Source of the DNA: Staphylothermus hellenicus DSM 12710
Lineage (GTDB): Archaea; Thermoproteota; Thermoprotei_A; Sulfolobales; Desulfurococcaceae
Reading direction: 5' to 3'
DNA length: 32,000 nucleotides
Assembly (NCBI RefSeq): GCF_000092465.1
Contig: NC_014205.1
Location: 1,050,001-1,082,000 of the forward strand
The position numbers and the translations under genes are program-made. This document shows, piece by piece, positions 15,182 through 24,300 of this stretch; position 1 is the stretch's first letter, and every line of letters begins with the position of its first letter. The notes beneath the pieces were generated by a model. That model had not been told where the DNA came from. It saw only the letters and a list, made by a program, of their open reading frames with translations, and did not search any database.

Positions 15182-17827
15182 TTGCCAATAGAGTTTGCTA
15201 AGCACAAGTATAGTGATAGAAAAATATTATCTATGCTTAGACCATATGTTGCTGAATGGTTTAGTAAAACATATAAGAAATTTACACCACCTCAGAGAAT
15301 GGCTATACCATTTATTAAAAATGGATACAACGTACTTATATCAAGCCCTACAGGTACTGGTAAAACATTAGCTGTTTTTCTAGGAATACTCGATAATCTT
15401 TATGCAGAAGCTGAAAAAGAGGGAAAGCTTCCGGAAGGTGTTTATGTAGTCTATGTGAGTCCTCTGAGAGCTTTAAACAATGATATGCGTAGAAACTTAT
15501 TAAAACCTATACATGGGATCAGGGAAGCCGCAAAGAAACACGGCATCGATCTCCCAGAGATAAAAGTGGGTGTTAGAACAAGTGATACAAGCCCGTATGA
15601 GAAGCAGAAAATGATAAAGGATCCCCCACATATATTGATCACGACACCTGAAAGCTTAGCAATTGCACTAAATGCTCCAAGGTTTCGGGAACGGTTGAAA
15701 AATACTAGAATAATAATCATAGATGAAATACACGAGCTAGCAAATAGTAAGAGAGGAAGTCATCTAAGCCTAAGTATTGAAAGATTAGAAAACCTAGCTG
15801 GGAAACCGCTTCAAAGAATAGGGTTAAGTGCAACAATAGCTCCTCTAGTAGAGGTGGCTAAGTTTCTAGCTGGTTATAGAGATGATGGCGAACCTAGGGA
15901 TTGCTTAATTGTTGATGCAAGATTTTCGAAGCCAATAGATATTAAAGTTATTGCTCCCGTCAAGGATCTAGTACATGCTTCTGCAGAGGAAATAAATAAT
16001 GCAATATATTCTACACTTGTAAAGCTCATTAGAAAGCATAGGACAACACTGGTCTTCACAAACACACGTAGTGCTACAGAAAGGGTTGTATATAAACTTA
16101 GAAAGATCATGGAGAAAGAAAGAATAGTTGACATAGACGAGATAGAAGCCCATCATAGTAGTTTGAGTAGAGATGTACGGCTTGGAATTGAAGAAAAACT
16201 TAAGCAGGGAAAGCTTCGCGTAATAGTAAGCTCTACAAGCCTAGAATTAGGAATAGATATAGGATATATAGACCTAGTAGTACTGCTAAGTAGTCCAAAA
16301 AGTGTTTCAAGACTTCTACAAAGAATTGGGAGAGCAGGTCATCATATTAGACAAGTAAGTAAGGGAAGAGTAATAGTTATTGATAGAGATGATCTAGTTG
16401 AATGCGCTGTTCTGGTAAAAGCTGCTTATCAACACAAAATTGATAGGGTACGCATACCTAAGAATCCACTAGACGTCCTCGCACAACACATTGTAGGTTT
16501 ATCTCTTGAAAAGAAATGGGATATTAGAGAAGCCTATAAATTGATTAAGAGAAGCTATTCTTTTCATACCTTATCATGGAATGATTACATTAATGTTCTA
16601 AAATATCTCTCAGGCATGTATGGAGACTATTTTGAACACGCCAAAGTCTACGCTAAGATCTGGTTTGACGAAAACGAGGGAGTCTTTGGTAGAAAAAGAA
16701 CTGCAAGAATGATCTATTATCAAAACATCGGCACTATACCGGATGAGAGCAAGGCACATGTATTCACAATTGATGGAAAATATGTTGGAGACCTAGAAGA
16801 AGCGTTTGTAGAATATTTGATTCCAGGAGATCTATTTGTCCTGGGTGGACGCGTATATGAATACATTAGGAGTATAGGGTTTAAAGTATATGTTAAACCA
16901 GCTGATGGGGCAAGACCAACTGTTCCAAGCTGGTTCAGTGAAATGCTTCCATTAGCTTATGATTCAGCACTAGAAGTAGGGAAATTTAGAAGACTTGTAG
17001 CTGAGAAAATCATGAATCTTCCACGAAGCCAAGTGATTGATTGGTTAAGAAAAGAGTATAGATTGCAGAAATATGCAGCTGAGTCAATATATGGTTATAT
17101 TAAGGAACAATTATTGTTTACAGGAGGAATAATTCCTAGTGATAAGCTCATAATGATCGAGATCTTCGACGAGCCTAGGAGAAGAAACATTATAGTGCAC
17201 AGCTTATTCGGCAGAAGAGTTAACGCTGCATTATCTAGAGCTTACGCATATATAATAAGTAATGAACTAGGCGTGAACGTGAAGATAACAGTGACAGATA
17301 ATGGTTTCATGCTTGCATTTCCAGTTAGGAAAAACATTGACTGGATTCAAGCCTTTAAGAAACTAACACCTGAAAATATCGAGGATATTTTAAAGAAAGT
17401 TCTTAGAAGAACAGAAATGCTTAAAAGAAGATTTAGACACTGCGCAGTAAGATCATTCATGATTCTCCGAAGATATAGAGATAGAAAGAGAAGTGTTCAT
17501 AGACTACAAATAAATGCTGAGGAATTATTAAGAGCCATAGAGGATCTGCCTGACTTCCCCGTTTTAAAGGAAACATATAGAGAGATATTAGAGGATTACA
17601 TGCATATAGAAGCTGCTAAGGAAGTATTAGATAATGTTAGGAAAGGCAATATAAAAATAACCGTGATAGGACCTAACAACGTACCGAGCCCGTTCTCGCA
17701 TAGTATAGTTGTTCATGGATATAGTGATGTCGTATTAATGGAGGATATGAGAAAATTGTTGAGGCTTCTCCATGAAAGAGTTATAGAGTATCTTAAGACG
17801 AGAAAAACCAGTTTAGCAAATGAATAA
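15182..17827 (+). CDS. lhr: Lhr-type (large helicase-related) superfamily 2 ATP-dependent helicase
   Basis: 881 aa with a TTG start. Helicase motifs are SPTGTGKTLA, DEIHEL, SATI, HHSSLS, LELGIDIG and QRIGRAGH. The long C-terminal region is of the DEAD/H-associated type. Confidence 0.9.
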   Translation: MPIEFAKHKYSDRKILSMLRPYVAEWFSKTYKKFTPPQRMAIPFIKNGYNVLISSPTGTGKTLAVFLGILDNLYAEAEKEGKLPEGVYVVYVSPLRALNNDMRRNLLKPIHGIREAAKKHGIDLPEIKVGVRTSDTSPYEKQKMIKDPPHILITTPESLAIALNAPRFRERLKNTRIIIIDEIHELANSKRGSHLSLSIERLENLAGKPLQRIGLSATIAPLVEVAKFLAGYRDDGEPRDCLIVDARFSKPIDIKVIAPVKDLVHASAEEINNAIYSTLVKLIRKHRTTLVFTNTRSATERVVYKLRKIMEKERIVDIDEIEAHHSSLSRDVRLGIEEKLKQGKLRVIVSSTSLELGIDIGYIDLVVLLSSPKSVSRLLQRIGRAGHHIRQVSKGRVIVIDRDDLVECAVLVKAAYQHKIDRVRIPKNPLDVLAQHIVGLSLEKKWDIREAYKLIKRSYSFHTLSWNDYINVLKYLSGMYGDYFEHAKVYAKIWFDENEGVFGRKRTARMIYYQNIGTIPDESKAHVFTIDGKYVGDLEEAFVEYLIPGDLFVLGGRVYEYIRSIGFKVYVKPADGARPTVPSWFSEMLPLAYDSALEVGKFRRLVAEKIMNLPRSQVIDWLRKEYRLQKYAAESIYGYIKEQLLFTGGIIPSDKLIMIEIFDEPRRRNIIVHSLFGRRVNAALSRAYAYIISNELGVNVKITVTDNGFMLAFPVRKNIDWIQAFKKLTPENIEDILKKVLRRTEMLKRRFRHCAVRSFMILRRYRDRKRSVHRLQINAEELLRAIEDLPDFPVLKETYREILEDYMHIEAAKEVLDNVRKGNIKITVIGPNNVPSPFSHSIVVHGYSDVVLMEDMRKLLRLLHERVIEYLKTRKTSLANE

Positions 17828-17832
17828 TTTGG

Positions 17833-18588
17833 TTATTTCTGGTTTTCACTGGTATTATCATTTTCTTTTCTCTTGTTTATCGATAATATTCTTGATAGAA
17901 TCTTATCTGGTATGTTGAATACTTCTTTAGCAATTATCGCTATATAATCGTCTCCGGGTGTTGTTTTGAGGAAACCAAGTCTTAAAGCAGTTGCTCTTTT
18001 ATAAGCTTCTTTGAATATTTTATTTCTTATTTCCCCTCTATAGATCCCCTCTGCAACTTTGTATGCTATATGGAATCTTACAAAGCTCCTAACAGTTCTT
18101 TTCTCCTCTGGTATGGCTTCAACTGTTTTCTTTAATATTTTAGCGAATACTTCCTCATCTGAAAAACCCAGTAAGAGCTTTGTGAAAGCTGTTCTAAGCA
18201 TTCTTGCTACTGTATTACTATCAATAACTCCTGCTGGGCTTGTTTTCTTCAATATCGCTCTGGCTTCACTATACTGTTCAGCCAATATTTTATCTATGGC
18301 TTCCTCGTATTCCTTTTCTAAATAAAAGATTTTATCGAATAACTCAGGATATTCATTACTTATTCCTAAACCATATTTACCTATAACATATAGGCTAGCC
18401 ATTTCCTTATCATATATATCTGGAGGAGTGGCTTTGCCTTTTAATGGTTTAATTTTCTTTTTCTCATAGGTTTTCCTTAATAGGTCAACCACATCTTTTC
18501 GTGTTAATTCATTTTGTTTTCTAATTATCTCGCCTAATAAGTTAACAAGAATTTGTATTCTTCTCCTATATGGATTCCTCTCGTTCAC
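17833..18588 (-). CDS. Hypothetical all-helical protein, possibly a conserved archaeal DUF
   Basis: 251 aa with a GTG start that overlaps the upstream 96-aa ORF by 23 nt. It is convergent with lhr, with only 5 nt between the stops. I recognise no catalytic motif with confidence. Confidence 0.6.
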   Translation of the reverse strand: MNERNPYRRRIQILVNLLGEIIRKQNELTRKDVVDLLRKTYEKKKIKPLKGKATPPDIYDKEMASLYVIGKYGLGISNEYPELFDKIFYLEKEYEEAIDKILAEQYSEARAILKKTSPAGVIDSNTVARMLRTAFTKLLLGFSDEEVFAKILKKTVEAIPEEKRTVRSFVRFHIAYKVAEGIYRGEIRNKIFKEAYKRATALRLGFLKTTPGDDYIAIIAKEVFNIPDKILSRILSINKRKENDNTSENQK

Positions 18589-18856
18589 GCTGTTTCAACC
18601 TCATTTCCTTGTTATATTCTCTTATAAGCATTCTTCGAATAGATATTTCCAGCCCACGTAGATTCCCAGCATAAACTCTTGCTTTAACTTTGTCTTTATA
18701 CACTATTATTTTAACACGGTTTTTATCAACAATCATATTTATTTTAAATTTTGACTTATATTCCTTAATCCTATAGATATATGTTTCCCCATATTTTCGT
18801 CTAAGTTCTTTCAATAATCTCTCTAATATGTTTATTAATCTTGGCAAAGATAGCAT
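18566..18856 (-). CDS. Hypothetical small basic protein
   Basis: 96 aa, Lys/Arg-rich, and overlapping the downstream 251-aa gene. I recognise no family. Confidence 0.45.
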   Translation of the reverse strand: MLSLPRLINILERLLKELRRKYGETYIYRIKEYKSKFKINMIVDKNRVKIIVYKDKVKARVYAGNLRGLEISIRRMLIREYNKEMRLKQREREESI

Positions 18857-18861
18857 AGTAT

Positions 18862-19128
18862 ATGCCTCCCAAATGTTTTAAGCTCATACTAATTTATGGG
18901 TTTGAACAATATCTGCCAGCAGAGATTCTAGATACTATATGTAAAAACCATATTGTTATATGTGTCGATAAATACTATGTAAATAATAAATTCTGTGACA
19001 TTATAACAGATGATCTTATCTCGAGTATAAGGGATGATGTTGAAATAATTGCTATTACCGAGGAAGCATATAATTTGTTACTTGAGAAAAACCAGTATGT
19101 ACGAAAGACTACTTCGCTGAAACCATAG
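18862..19128 (+). CDS. Hypothetical small protein
   Basis: 88 aa ORF with an alpha/beta-like composition. It is the only long ORF over this interval. Its start lies 5 nt from the divergent 96-aa ORF start, so one of the two starts is probably wrong. Confidence 0.4.
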   Translation: MPPKCFKLILIYGFEQYLPAEILDTICKNHIVICVDKYYVNNKFCDIITDDLISSIRDDVEIIAITEEAYNLLLEKNQYVRKTTSLKP

Positions 19129-19155
19129 ATATGCAGAGTAATTATATGTGAAGAT

Positions 19156-19545
19156 TTATTCTTTCCTCCAGGGATAGGTGAGCTTTATTACACCGGTATT
19201 TTTAGAGGCCTCTATCAACCATCCGGCAAGAATTTTCGCCAACCTCCTACAAGTATCTTCTTCGCTTAGTTCTACAGAGTAAGCTTCTCTATATGCTTCT
19301 TTAGCAACATCGCATCTAATCCTATTTAGAAAATAATTGGTTAACTGCTCGAGGATAACTGCTAAATTTATTTTTTGTTGAATCTCAACTTGTTCCTTCA
19401 AATATGTGAAGTCACGGGGTGCTAGTAAGGCATCTTCTACCGGTATTCCCTTCTTCCTCAATATTTTCCAGTACTTTATTAGAGGAGAATAATCGCCTAC
19501 TATTGATTTATCAGCGAAAAATGGAAGCTCCTCGTCACTACTCAA
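19156..19545 (-). CDS. Hypothetical protein
   Basis: 129 aa. Its start overlaps the upstream HTH gene's stop by 8 nt. I recognise no family. Confidence 0.55.
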   Translation of the reverse strand: MSSDEELPFFADKSIVGDYSPLIKYWKILRKKGIPVEDALLAPRDFTYLKEQVEIQQKINLAVILEQLTNYFLNRIRCDVAKEAYREAYSVELSEEDTCRRLAKILAGWLIEASKNTGVIKLTYPWRKE

Positions 19546-19891
19546 TTTCCCTTATAACCTCTCCCAGCTTTCTCAATAAATATTCTCGATATTCACTCTT
19601 ATCTATACTTTCAACTAGTCTTCTCAAAGCCTCTACTAAATCATCAATAATTATTTTTATCAGCTTCTCTTCCTCATATGGTGCCATGATCTCCAGTGCT
19701 TTTTCAACCGTTTTATCGCTTGGATGAGTTTTTCTATAAATATACTTTCTAATAGCCGTAGTTGATACACCTAACTCCTCAGCTAATTGTCTAATGCTTC
19801 TAGTCGACAACATTAAATCAATAATTCTAAACCTAGCATCCTTACTTAGCCAGTGAATAGGAAGATTAATCTTCTCCACTTTCTCAGCCAA
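19538..19891 (-). CDS. Helix-turn-helix DNA-binding protein, putative transcriptional regulator
   Basis: 117 aa. The HTH-like segment is SIRQLAEELGVSTTAIRKYIYRK, followed by a helical C-terminal domain. The start lies 55 nt beyond the trailer end of the CRISPR array on the same strand. Confidence 0.65.
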   Translation of the reverse strand: MAEKVEKINLPIHWLSKDARFRIIDLMLSTRSIRQLAEELGVSTTAIRKYIYRKTHPSDKTVEKALEIMAPYEEEKLIKIIIDDLVEALRRLVESIDKSEYREYLLRKLGEVIREIE

Positions 19892-19946
19892 GACTCATAC
19901 CCTTCTAAAATGATATACCTTACCATATTTAAATCAACAACCATAT

Positions 19947-20366
19947 CCTTCCAATTCTATCTATGTTGCTACTTTGATAAGAATTGACAGCAAACTATAT
20001 ACGGTTCCGCAACCTTCAATTCTTTATATGTTGTTACCATAAATATGAGAAATACTGGGTTGAGCCATTTAAAGCCGTCCTTCACTTCTTTTTGTGTTAT
20101 TACGTTATCGCACATAATCATGGCTTTAAAATTATAACTAGGCCTTCAATTCTTTCTCTGTTATTACAAAGTTTGGGAGATAGAAAAGGTGCTATGGGAA
20201 TATTTAGTCCTTCAATTCTTTTCTAGGTTGTTACTGAGGAAAATAGTAGTATATGGGGTGAATAGGTAAAATGGGCCTTCAATTCTTTATATGTTGTTAC
20301 ATAAGAATAATAGAGTATAGTTATGGTATTGGTATTAGTATCCTTCAATTCTTTATATGTTGTTAC
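19947..20366 (-). CRISPR. Orphan CRISPR mini-array with 7 repeats and 6 spacers
   Basis: Plus-strand repeat starts are 19947, 20013, 20079, 20143, 20209, 20276 and 20342, a period of 64-67 nt. The consensus is ccttcaattctttatatgttgttac (25 nt), and it is exact at 20013, 20276 and 20342. Spacers are 39-41 nt and unrelated to one another. The reverse complement, GTAACAACATATAAAGAATTGAAGG, ends in the ATTGAAGG handle-like motif, so the crRNA strand is minus. Confidence 0.85.
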
Positions 20367-20550
20367 TTTGGTTCGAATAAAATTGCTACGTTTTTATTTT
20401 TTGTTCGAACCAGATATATATGTTTTTCTATATTTTGATTCATAGTTGTTCGTGTTCGACCAGTTTTCTATAGGGTTTAGGTTGTTTTTATGGTTGGTGT
20501 TGTTTGAATATTGGGTTGTGTGTTTAAGCATATATAGGTAGTATTTTATT
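20367..20550 (-). promoter_or_regulatory. Putative CRISPR leader
   Basis: This AT-rich non-coding stretch directly abuts the intact repeat end of the array. It contains the direct repeats gttcgaaccag (20402-20412) and gttcgaccag (20453-20462), a third gttcgaa at 20371-20377, and TATA-like AT boxes 25-55 nt from the first repeat. Confidence 0.5.
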
Positions 20551-20551
20551 A

Positions 20552-21463
20552 TTGATAACAAGTATCTTTGTAGGTGTTGTTATCGTGGTGATTAGGCAGA
20601 TTGTTTATAATGGGGAGTATTTTGTTGTGGAGAGAGATATTTTGCCGGTGAGGATGGGGGAGTTATTGGTTAAGCCTTTGAGTGTTTATATTGGCTTGTT
20701 GGAAAACTTGTATGTAAGATATGTTTATCCATCAAAGTATCCTGTTGTTCCTGGTTCTTTCGGTATTGTTAGAGTGTTGGAGGAGCCGTATTCTAATAAG
20801 GGGTATTCGGGTAAGATAGCTGTTGTTAATCCATTTACGTCTAATGGTATTTTAGGATTGGATTTCAACGGTATTTTAGGTTCTTACGCGGCTATTCGTG
20901 AAGAAAATATCTATAGGCTCGTCAATAACGATGATCCATATTTGTCTCTTACCCCCTTAATAGAGCATGGAGTGTATTTGGGAAAGCATTGTTATGGGAA
21001 GACTTTGATTATAGGCTGCAATATTTTAACATATATTGTAGCAAAGTTTTTCGACATGAATAAAAAGCATGATTATGCTCTATTATGCTATAATAATAGA
21101 AGAGCTTTGAGGAGAACTCGTGGCAGGATACATGTTAACCTGGGAGAACTTGACCCATACTATGATTCCATTGTAATACTGGATCCCAGGTTTGGATTGG
21201 TTCATAGAGTTTTAACACATATACGTTCCAACAACATAATTGTCTCAATGTATAGTTTCATTAATCTCCTCCCCCTTAAGCATGATGGAACCTGCAATGT
21301 ATTATATACTAGTAAGACATTTAGAGGAGCGCCCAATATGGTTGAAAAAATGATTTCCTTGTTAAAAAAGAATATTAGAATTATAAGAATAAATGATATC
21401 TCTAAGACTATAGGTTTGCTTCCTCCACGGGGACTTGGAGCTATTGTTAGTTTTCGTTTTTGA
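20552..21463 (+). CDS. Medium-chain dehydrogenase/reductase (zinc-ADH/threonine dehydrogenase)-like protein with degenerate zinc and NAD motifs
   Basis: 303 aa. GELLVKPLSVYIG...PVVPGSFGIVRVLE parallels the GroES-like domain of MDR enzymes (GEVLVKV.A.GICGTD...P...GHE..G.V.E), but Cys is replaced by Leu and GHE by GSF. GKTLIIGCNILT sits in place of the GxGxxG Rossmann motif. The likely true start is GTG at 20585 or 20588, after AGGTG at 20572-20576. Confidence 0.6.
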   Translation: MITSIFVGVVIVVIRQIVYNGEYFVVERDILPVRMGELLVKPLSVYIGLLENLYVRYVYPSKYPVVPGSFGIVRVLEEPYSNKGYSGKIAVVNPFTSNGILGLDFNGILGSYAAIREENIYRLVNNDDPYLSLTPLIEHGVYLGKHCYGKTLIIGCNILTYIVAKFFDMNKKHDYALLCYNNRRALRRTRGRIHVNLGELDPYYDSIVILDPRFGLVHRVLTHIRSNNIIVSMYSFINLLPLKHDGTCNVLYTSKTFRGAPNMVEKMISLLKKNIRIIRINDISKTIGLLPPRGLGAIVSFRF

Positions 21464-22667
21464 TTAGTTCGGCTATTCTTCTAATCCCCTCCTCTATTAT
21501 TTCGGGGGGTGGGTAACTGAAGCTTAAACGCATACTATTAGCGCCGGTGCCGTCAGTGTGGAAGCTTTGTCCTGGAACATATGCTACCTTATACTTGTCT
21601 ATAGCTTTTCTCAGTAGTTTCCCTGTATCGAATCCTTCTTTATTTACGTATACGAATACAAAGAATCCTCCAACCGGCTCTGTATGCCATACGTTTTCGG
21701 GGAAATAATCCTTTATGGCCTTAATCATTGCGTCGCGTTTTTTCTTATAGAATGGGGATAATTCGTGTGCATGCCGAGTCACCAGCCCTGTCCTAATAGC
21801 TTCAGCTACTATGTACTGGTTTAGTGTGGGACTATGTAGATCCATGTATTGTTTAACTAGTTCTAGTTTTCTCGTCAATTTTTCCGGGGAGGCGATCCAG
21901 CCTATTCGTAGTCCTGGTGCAAGTATTTTGCTTACTGTACTCATATATAATACTCGGTCTTCACTATCATATGCCTTGATGGGTGAAACATCTACTGTTT
22001 CATCATATACAAAGTAACTATATGGATCATCCTCTACTACAAGTAAATCATATTTATTAGCTATTTCTATTAAGTGCTTCTTCCTATCAGGCGGCATAGT
22101 GGTTCCAGCGGGATTTTGTGAAACAGGTATTGTATATATGAATTTTATTTTCTCGCCTTCACTAACTAGTTTTTTAACTGTCTCCTCCAGCAAATCAGTT
22201 CTCATACCTTGTTTATCTATTTTTATGCCTACTAGACGAGCACCCCTGTTCTTGAAAGCTCCTAGAGCTGCAAGGTATGATGGGTTTTCAGTAATCACTA
22301 TGTCTCCCGGATCTAAAAGCGTTCTAGCAACTAGGTCTAGAGCTTGCTGACTACCTGTTGTAACAATGATATTCTCAGCATCAACACTAATACCTCTGCT
22401 TTCTAAGAGGAAGTGTGAAAGCATTTCTCTTACTTCCAATATTCCCTTTGTTTCACTATATTGAAGTGCTTGATCACCGTATTCTATAATCATTCTCCTA
22501 GCGATTTCTGCTAGTTCGTCCCGTGGAAATGTTCTAGGGTCGGGTATGCCGCCGGCTAAGCTTATAACGTCTTTTCTCTTCCTAATAATTGCCAGGATCT
22601 CCCTGATCTCTGATGCTTTAATATTTTTAGCTGTAGAACTGAAGAACCTATCGTAAGCAGGCAACAT
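21447..22667 (-). CDS. PLP-dependent class I/II aminotransferase (2-aminoadipate/aromatic aminotransferase-like)
   Basis: SxSK lysine motif (STVSKILAPGLRIGW), NPSYLAALGAF, QNPAGTTM and MRLSFSY are present. The ORF stays open up to 22772, but family N-termini begin near MLPAYDRFFSSTAKNIKASEIREIL, so the start is placed at 22667. Confidence 0.85.
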   Translation of the reverse strand: MLPAYDRFFSSTAKNIKASEIREILAIIRKRKDVISLAGGIPDPRTFPRDELAEIARRMIIEYGDQALQYSETKGILEVREMLSHFLLESRGISVDAENIIVTTGSQQALDLVARTLLDPGDIVITENPSYLAALGAFKNRGARLVGIKIDKQGMRTDLLEETVKKLVSEGEKIKFIYTIPVSQNPAGTTMPPDRKKHLIEIANKYDLLVVEDDPYSYFVYDETVDVSPIKAYDSEDRVLYMSTVSKILAPGLRIGWIASPEKLTRKLELVKQYMDLHSPTLNQYIVAEAIRTGLVTRHAHELSPFYKKKRDAMIKAIKDYFPENVWHTEPVGGFFVFVYVNKEGFDTGKLLRKAIDKYKVAYVPGQSFHTDGTGANSMRLSFSYPPPEIIEEGIRRIAELIKNEN

Positions 22668-24300
22668 GTGTTCACCAATTAATAATATAACTGGGGACGA
22701 GTCTAAAAGACTATCGATGGGAAACGGTGAGATAGTATTGGAATATAATATTGTTAGGAAAAAGATCAGCAAGAAACTGGTTAGGATAGCACTCGTTTAT
22801 CCCAGCACATATGAATCCATGCTTTCCAGCATAGTTACCCATCTAATTTATTATATGTTGAACGAATTATACGATGAAGTTTATGTTGAGAGATTTTATT
22901 TGAAAAAACTATTTGGAAGAGGGGAAGAACCGAGAAGTGTGGAGACAAACAGCCCGTTGAAGGATTTTGACCTAATAATAACGAGTATTCATTATGAACC
23001 AAACATTTCTGGATTATTACGGATTCTATATTCTTCTGGGCTGGAAATTTATCGGAATAAAAGACGGATTCCAATTATTGCTGGAGGGCCAGGTGTAATA
23101 GCTAATCCTCATCCATATGAAGATTTTATTGATGCCTTTATTATAGGTGAAGCCGAGGATACATTACCCGGAATAATAGGGGATTTCATAACCTATAAGG
23201 ATAATAAAAATGGTTTCCTAGAAAAGATATCATCATATAAATATGTTTATGTCTCAGACTATACGAACAGGCCGGTACGTAGGGAATGGACAAAAAATCT
23301 TGACGCAGCCTATTATCCTATAAGACAAATACAAAATACGGAGATCGAGCCAGTATATGGACATGGTTTTTTATTAGAGGTTAGCAGAGGATGCAGGTTT
23401 TGGTGCAGATTCTGTATGGAGTCTAGATTGTTTAAACCATATAGGAGGAGAAGTAATAATAAATTGTTCAAGCTAATAAATAAAGGATTATCAGTTAATC
23501 TTCTAGATCGCGTTATTATTTACTCACTACTCTTCCCCGGAGGAAAAGAAGATACTAAGTTATTAGAATACCTTGTTTCAAAAGGAATTAAGGGTTCACT
23601 GCCTTCTCTAAGGGTTGAATATATTAATGATTACTTCCTAGAACTAGTAAAGGATCTTGGACAGAAAAATCTAACTATAGCTCCTGAATCATTCAATACA
23701 TTTGTTCAAAGAATTTTTGGAAAATATTTCGATCTCAACATAGTTAATGAATCAATAGATAAAATAATAAGTAAAGGTTTTAACTTGAAACTCTACATTA
23801 TTTTCGGATTAAAAAATGAGTCTTTAGATGATAATAAAGTAAATATAGATGCTCTAAGAAAAATAGCTAAGAAGATTAATGAGAAGAATTTGAAGCTAAC
23901 TATTACGCTTAATCCTTTGGTTCCCAAACCTAAAACTGTTTTTCAATGGTTTGGAATGATCGATCTTGGAAAAGCAAAAAATATTATTCGATATTATCGC
24001 GGAGAACTTAAAGGATTAGTTAATACTAGACCATTATATGTTAATTGGGCATGGATACAAGGTAGTATTGCATTGGCTGATAAAAGTATTTCCAAGGTAT
24101 TAGCTGAGTGGAGTCTTGGCGGAGGCGATCTTGGTAGTTGGAGGAGGGCTCTGAGAAATAATAGTTATAGTACATCATATTTATTCAACGGTTATAGGTA
24201 TGATGAACCTCTACCTTGGGATGACATTGTTCTAGATAAGTATGTTGAGAAAACACTTGAAAGCGAATACTATGCTTTGGCTAGGCTTTTAAATGTTTAG
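22666..24300 (+). CDS. Radical SAM protein with an N-terminal B12-binding-like domain
   Basis: 544 aa. The CxxxCxxC cluster motif lies in EVSRGCRFWCRFCMES. The N-terminal flavodoxin-like domain includes RIALVYPSTYESM...IIAGGPGVIANP. The true start may be ATG at 22717 (MGNGEIV...). Confidence 0.85.
   Translation: MCSPINNITGDESKRLSMGNGEIVLEYNIVRKKISKKLVRIALVYPSTYESMLSSIVTHLIYYMLNELYDEVYVERFYLKKLFGRGEEPRSVETNSPLKDFDLIITSIHYEPNISGLLRILYSSGLEIYRNKRRIPIIAGGPGVIANPHPYEDFIDAFIIGEAEDTLPGIIGDFITYKDNKNGFLEKISSYKYVYVSDYTNRPVRREWTKNLDAAYYPIRQIQNTEIEPVYGHGFLLEVSRGCRFWCRFCMESRLFKPYRRRSNNKLFKLINKGLSVNLLDRVIIYSLLFPGGKEDTKLLEYLVSKGIKGSLPSLRVEYINDYFLELVKDLGQKNLTIAPESFNTFVQRIFGKYFDLNIVNESIDKIISKGFNLKLYIIFGLKNESLDDNKVNIDALRKIAKKINEKNLKLTITLNPLVPKPKTVFQWFGMIDLGKAKNIIRYYRGELKGLVNTRPLYVNWAWIQGSIALADKSISKVLAEWSLGGGDLGSWRRALRNNSYSTSYLFNGYRYDEPLPWDDIVLDKYVEKTLESEYYALARLLNV

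Noticed and set aside
19984-20226. 80-aa ORF across the CRISPR array
   Set aside because: It reads straight through four repeat-spacer units, so its periodic sequence is explained by the repeats.
22668-22772. 35-codon N-terminal extension of the aminotransferase ORF (MLIFFLTILYSNTISPFPIDS...)
   Set aside because: The extension is hydrophobic and unlike family N-termini. The internal Met at 22667 gives the conserved start (MLPAYDRFF...). The extension would also overlap the divergent radical SAM gene.
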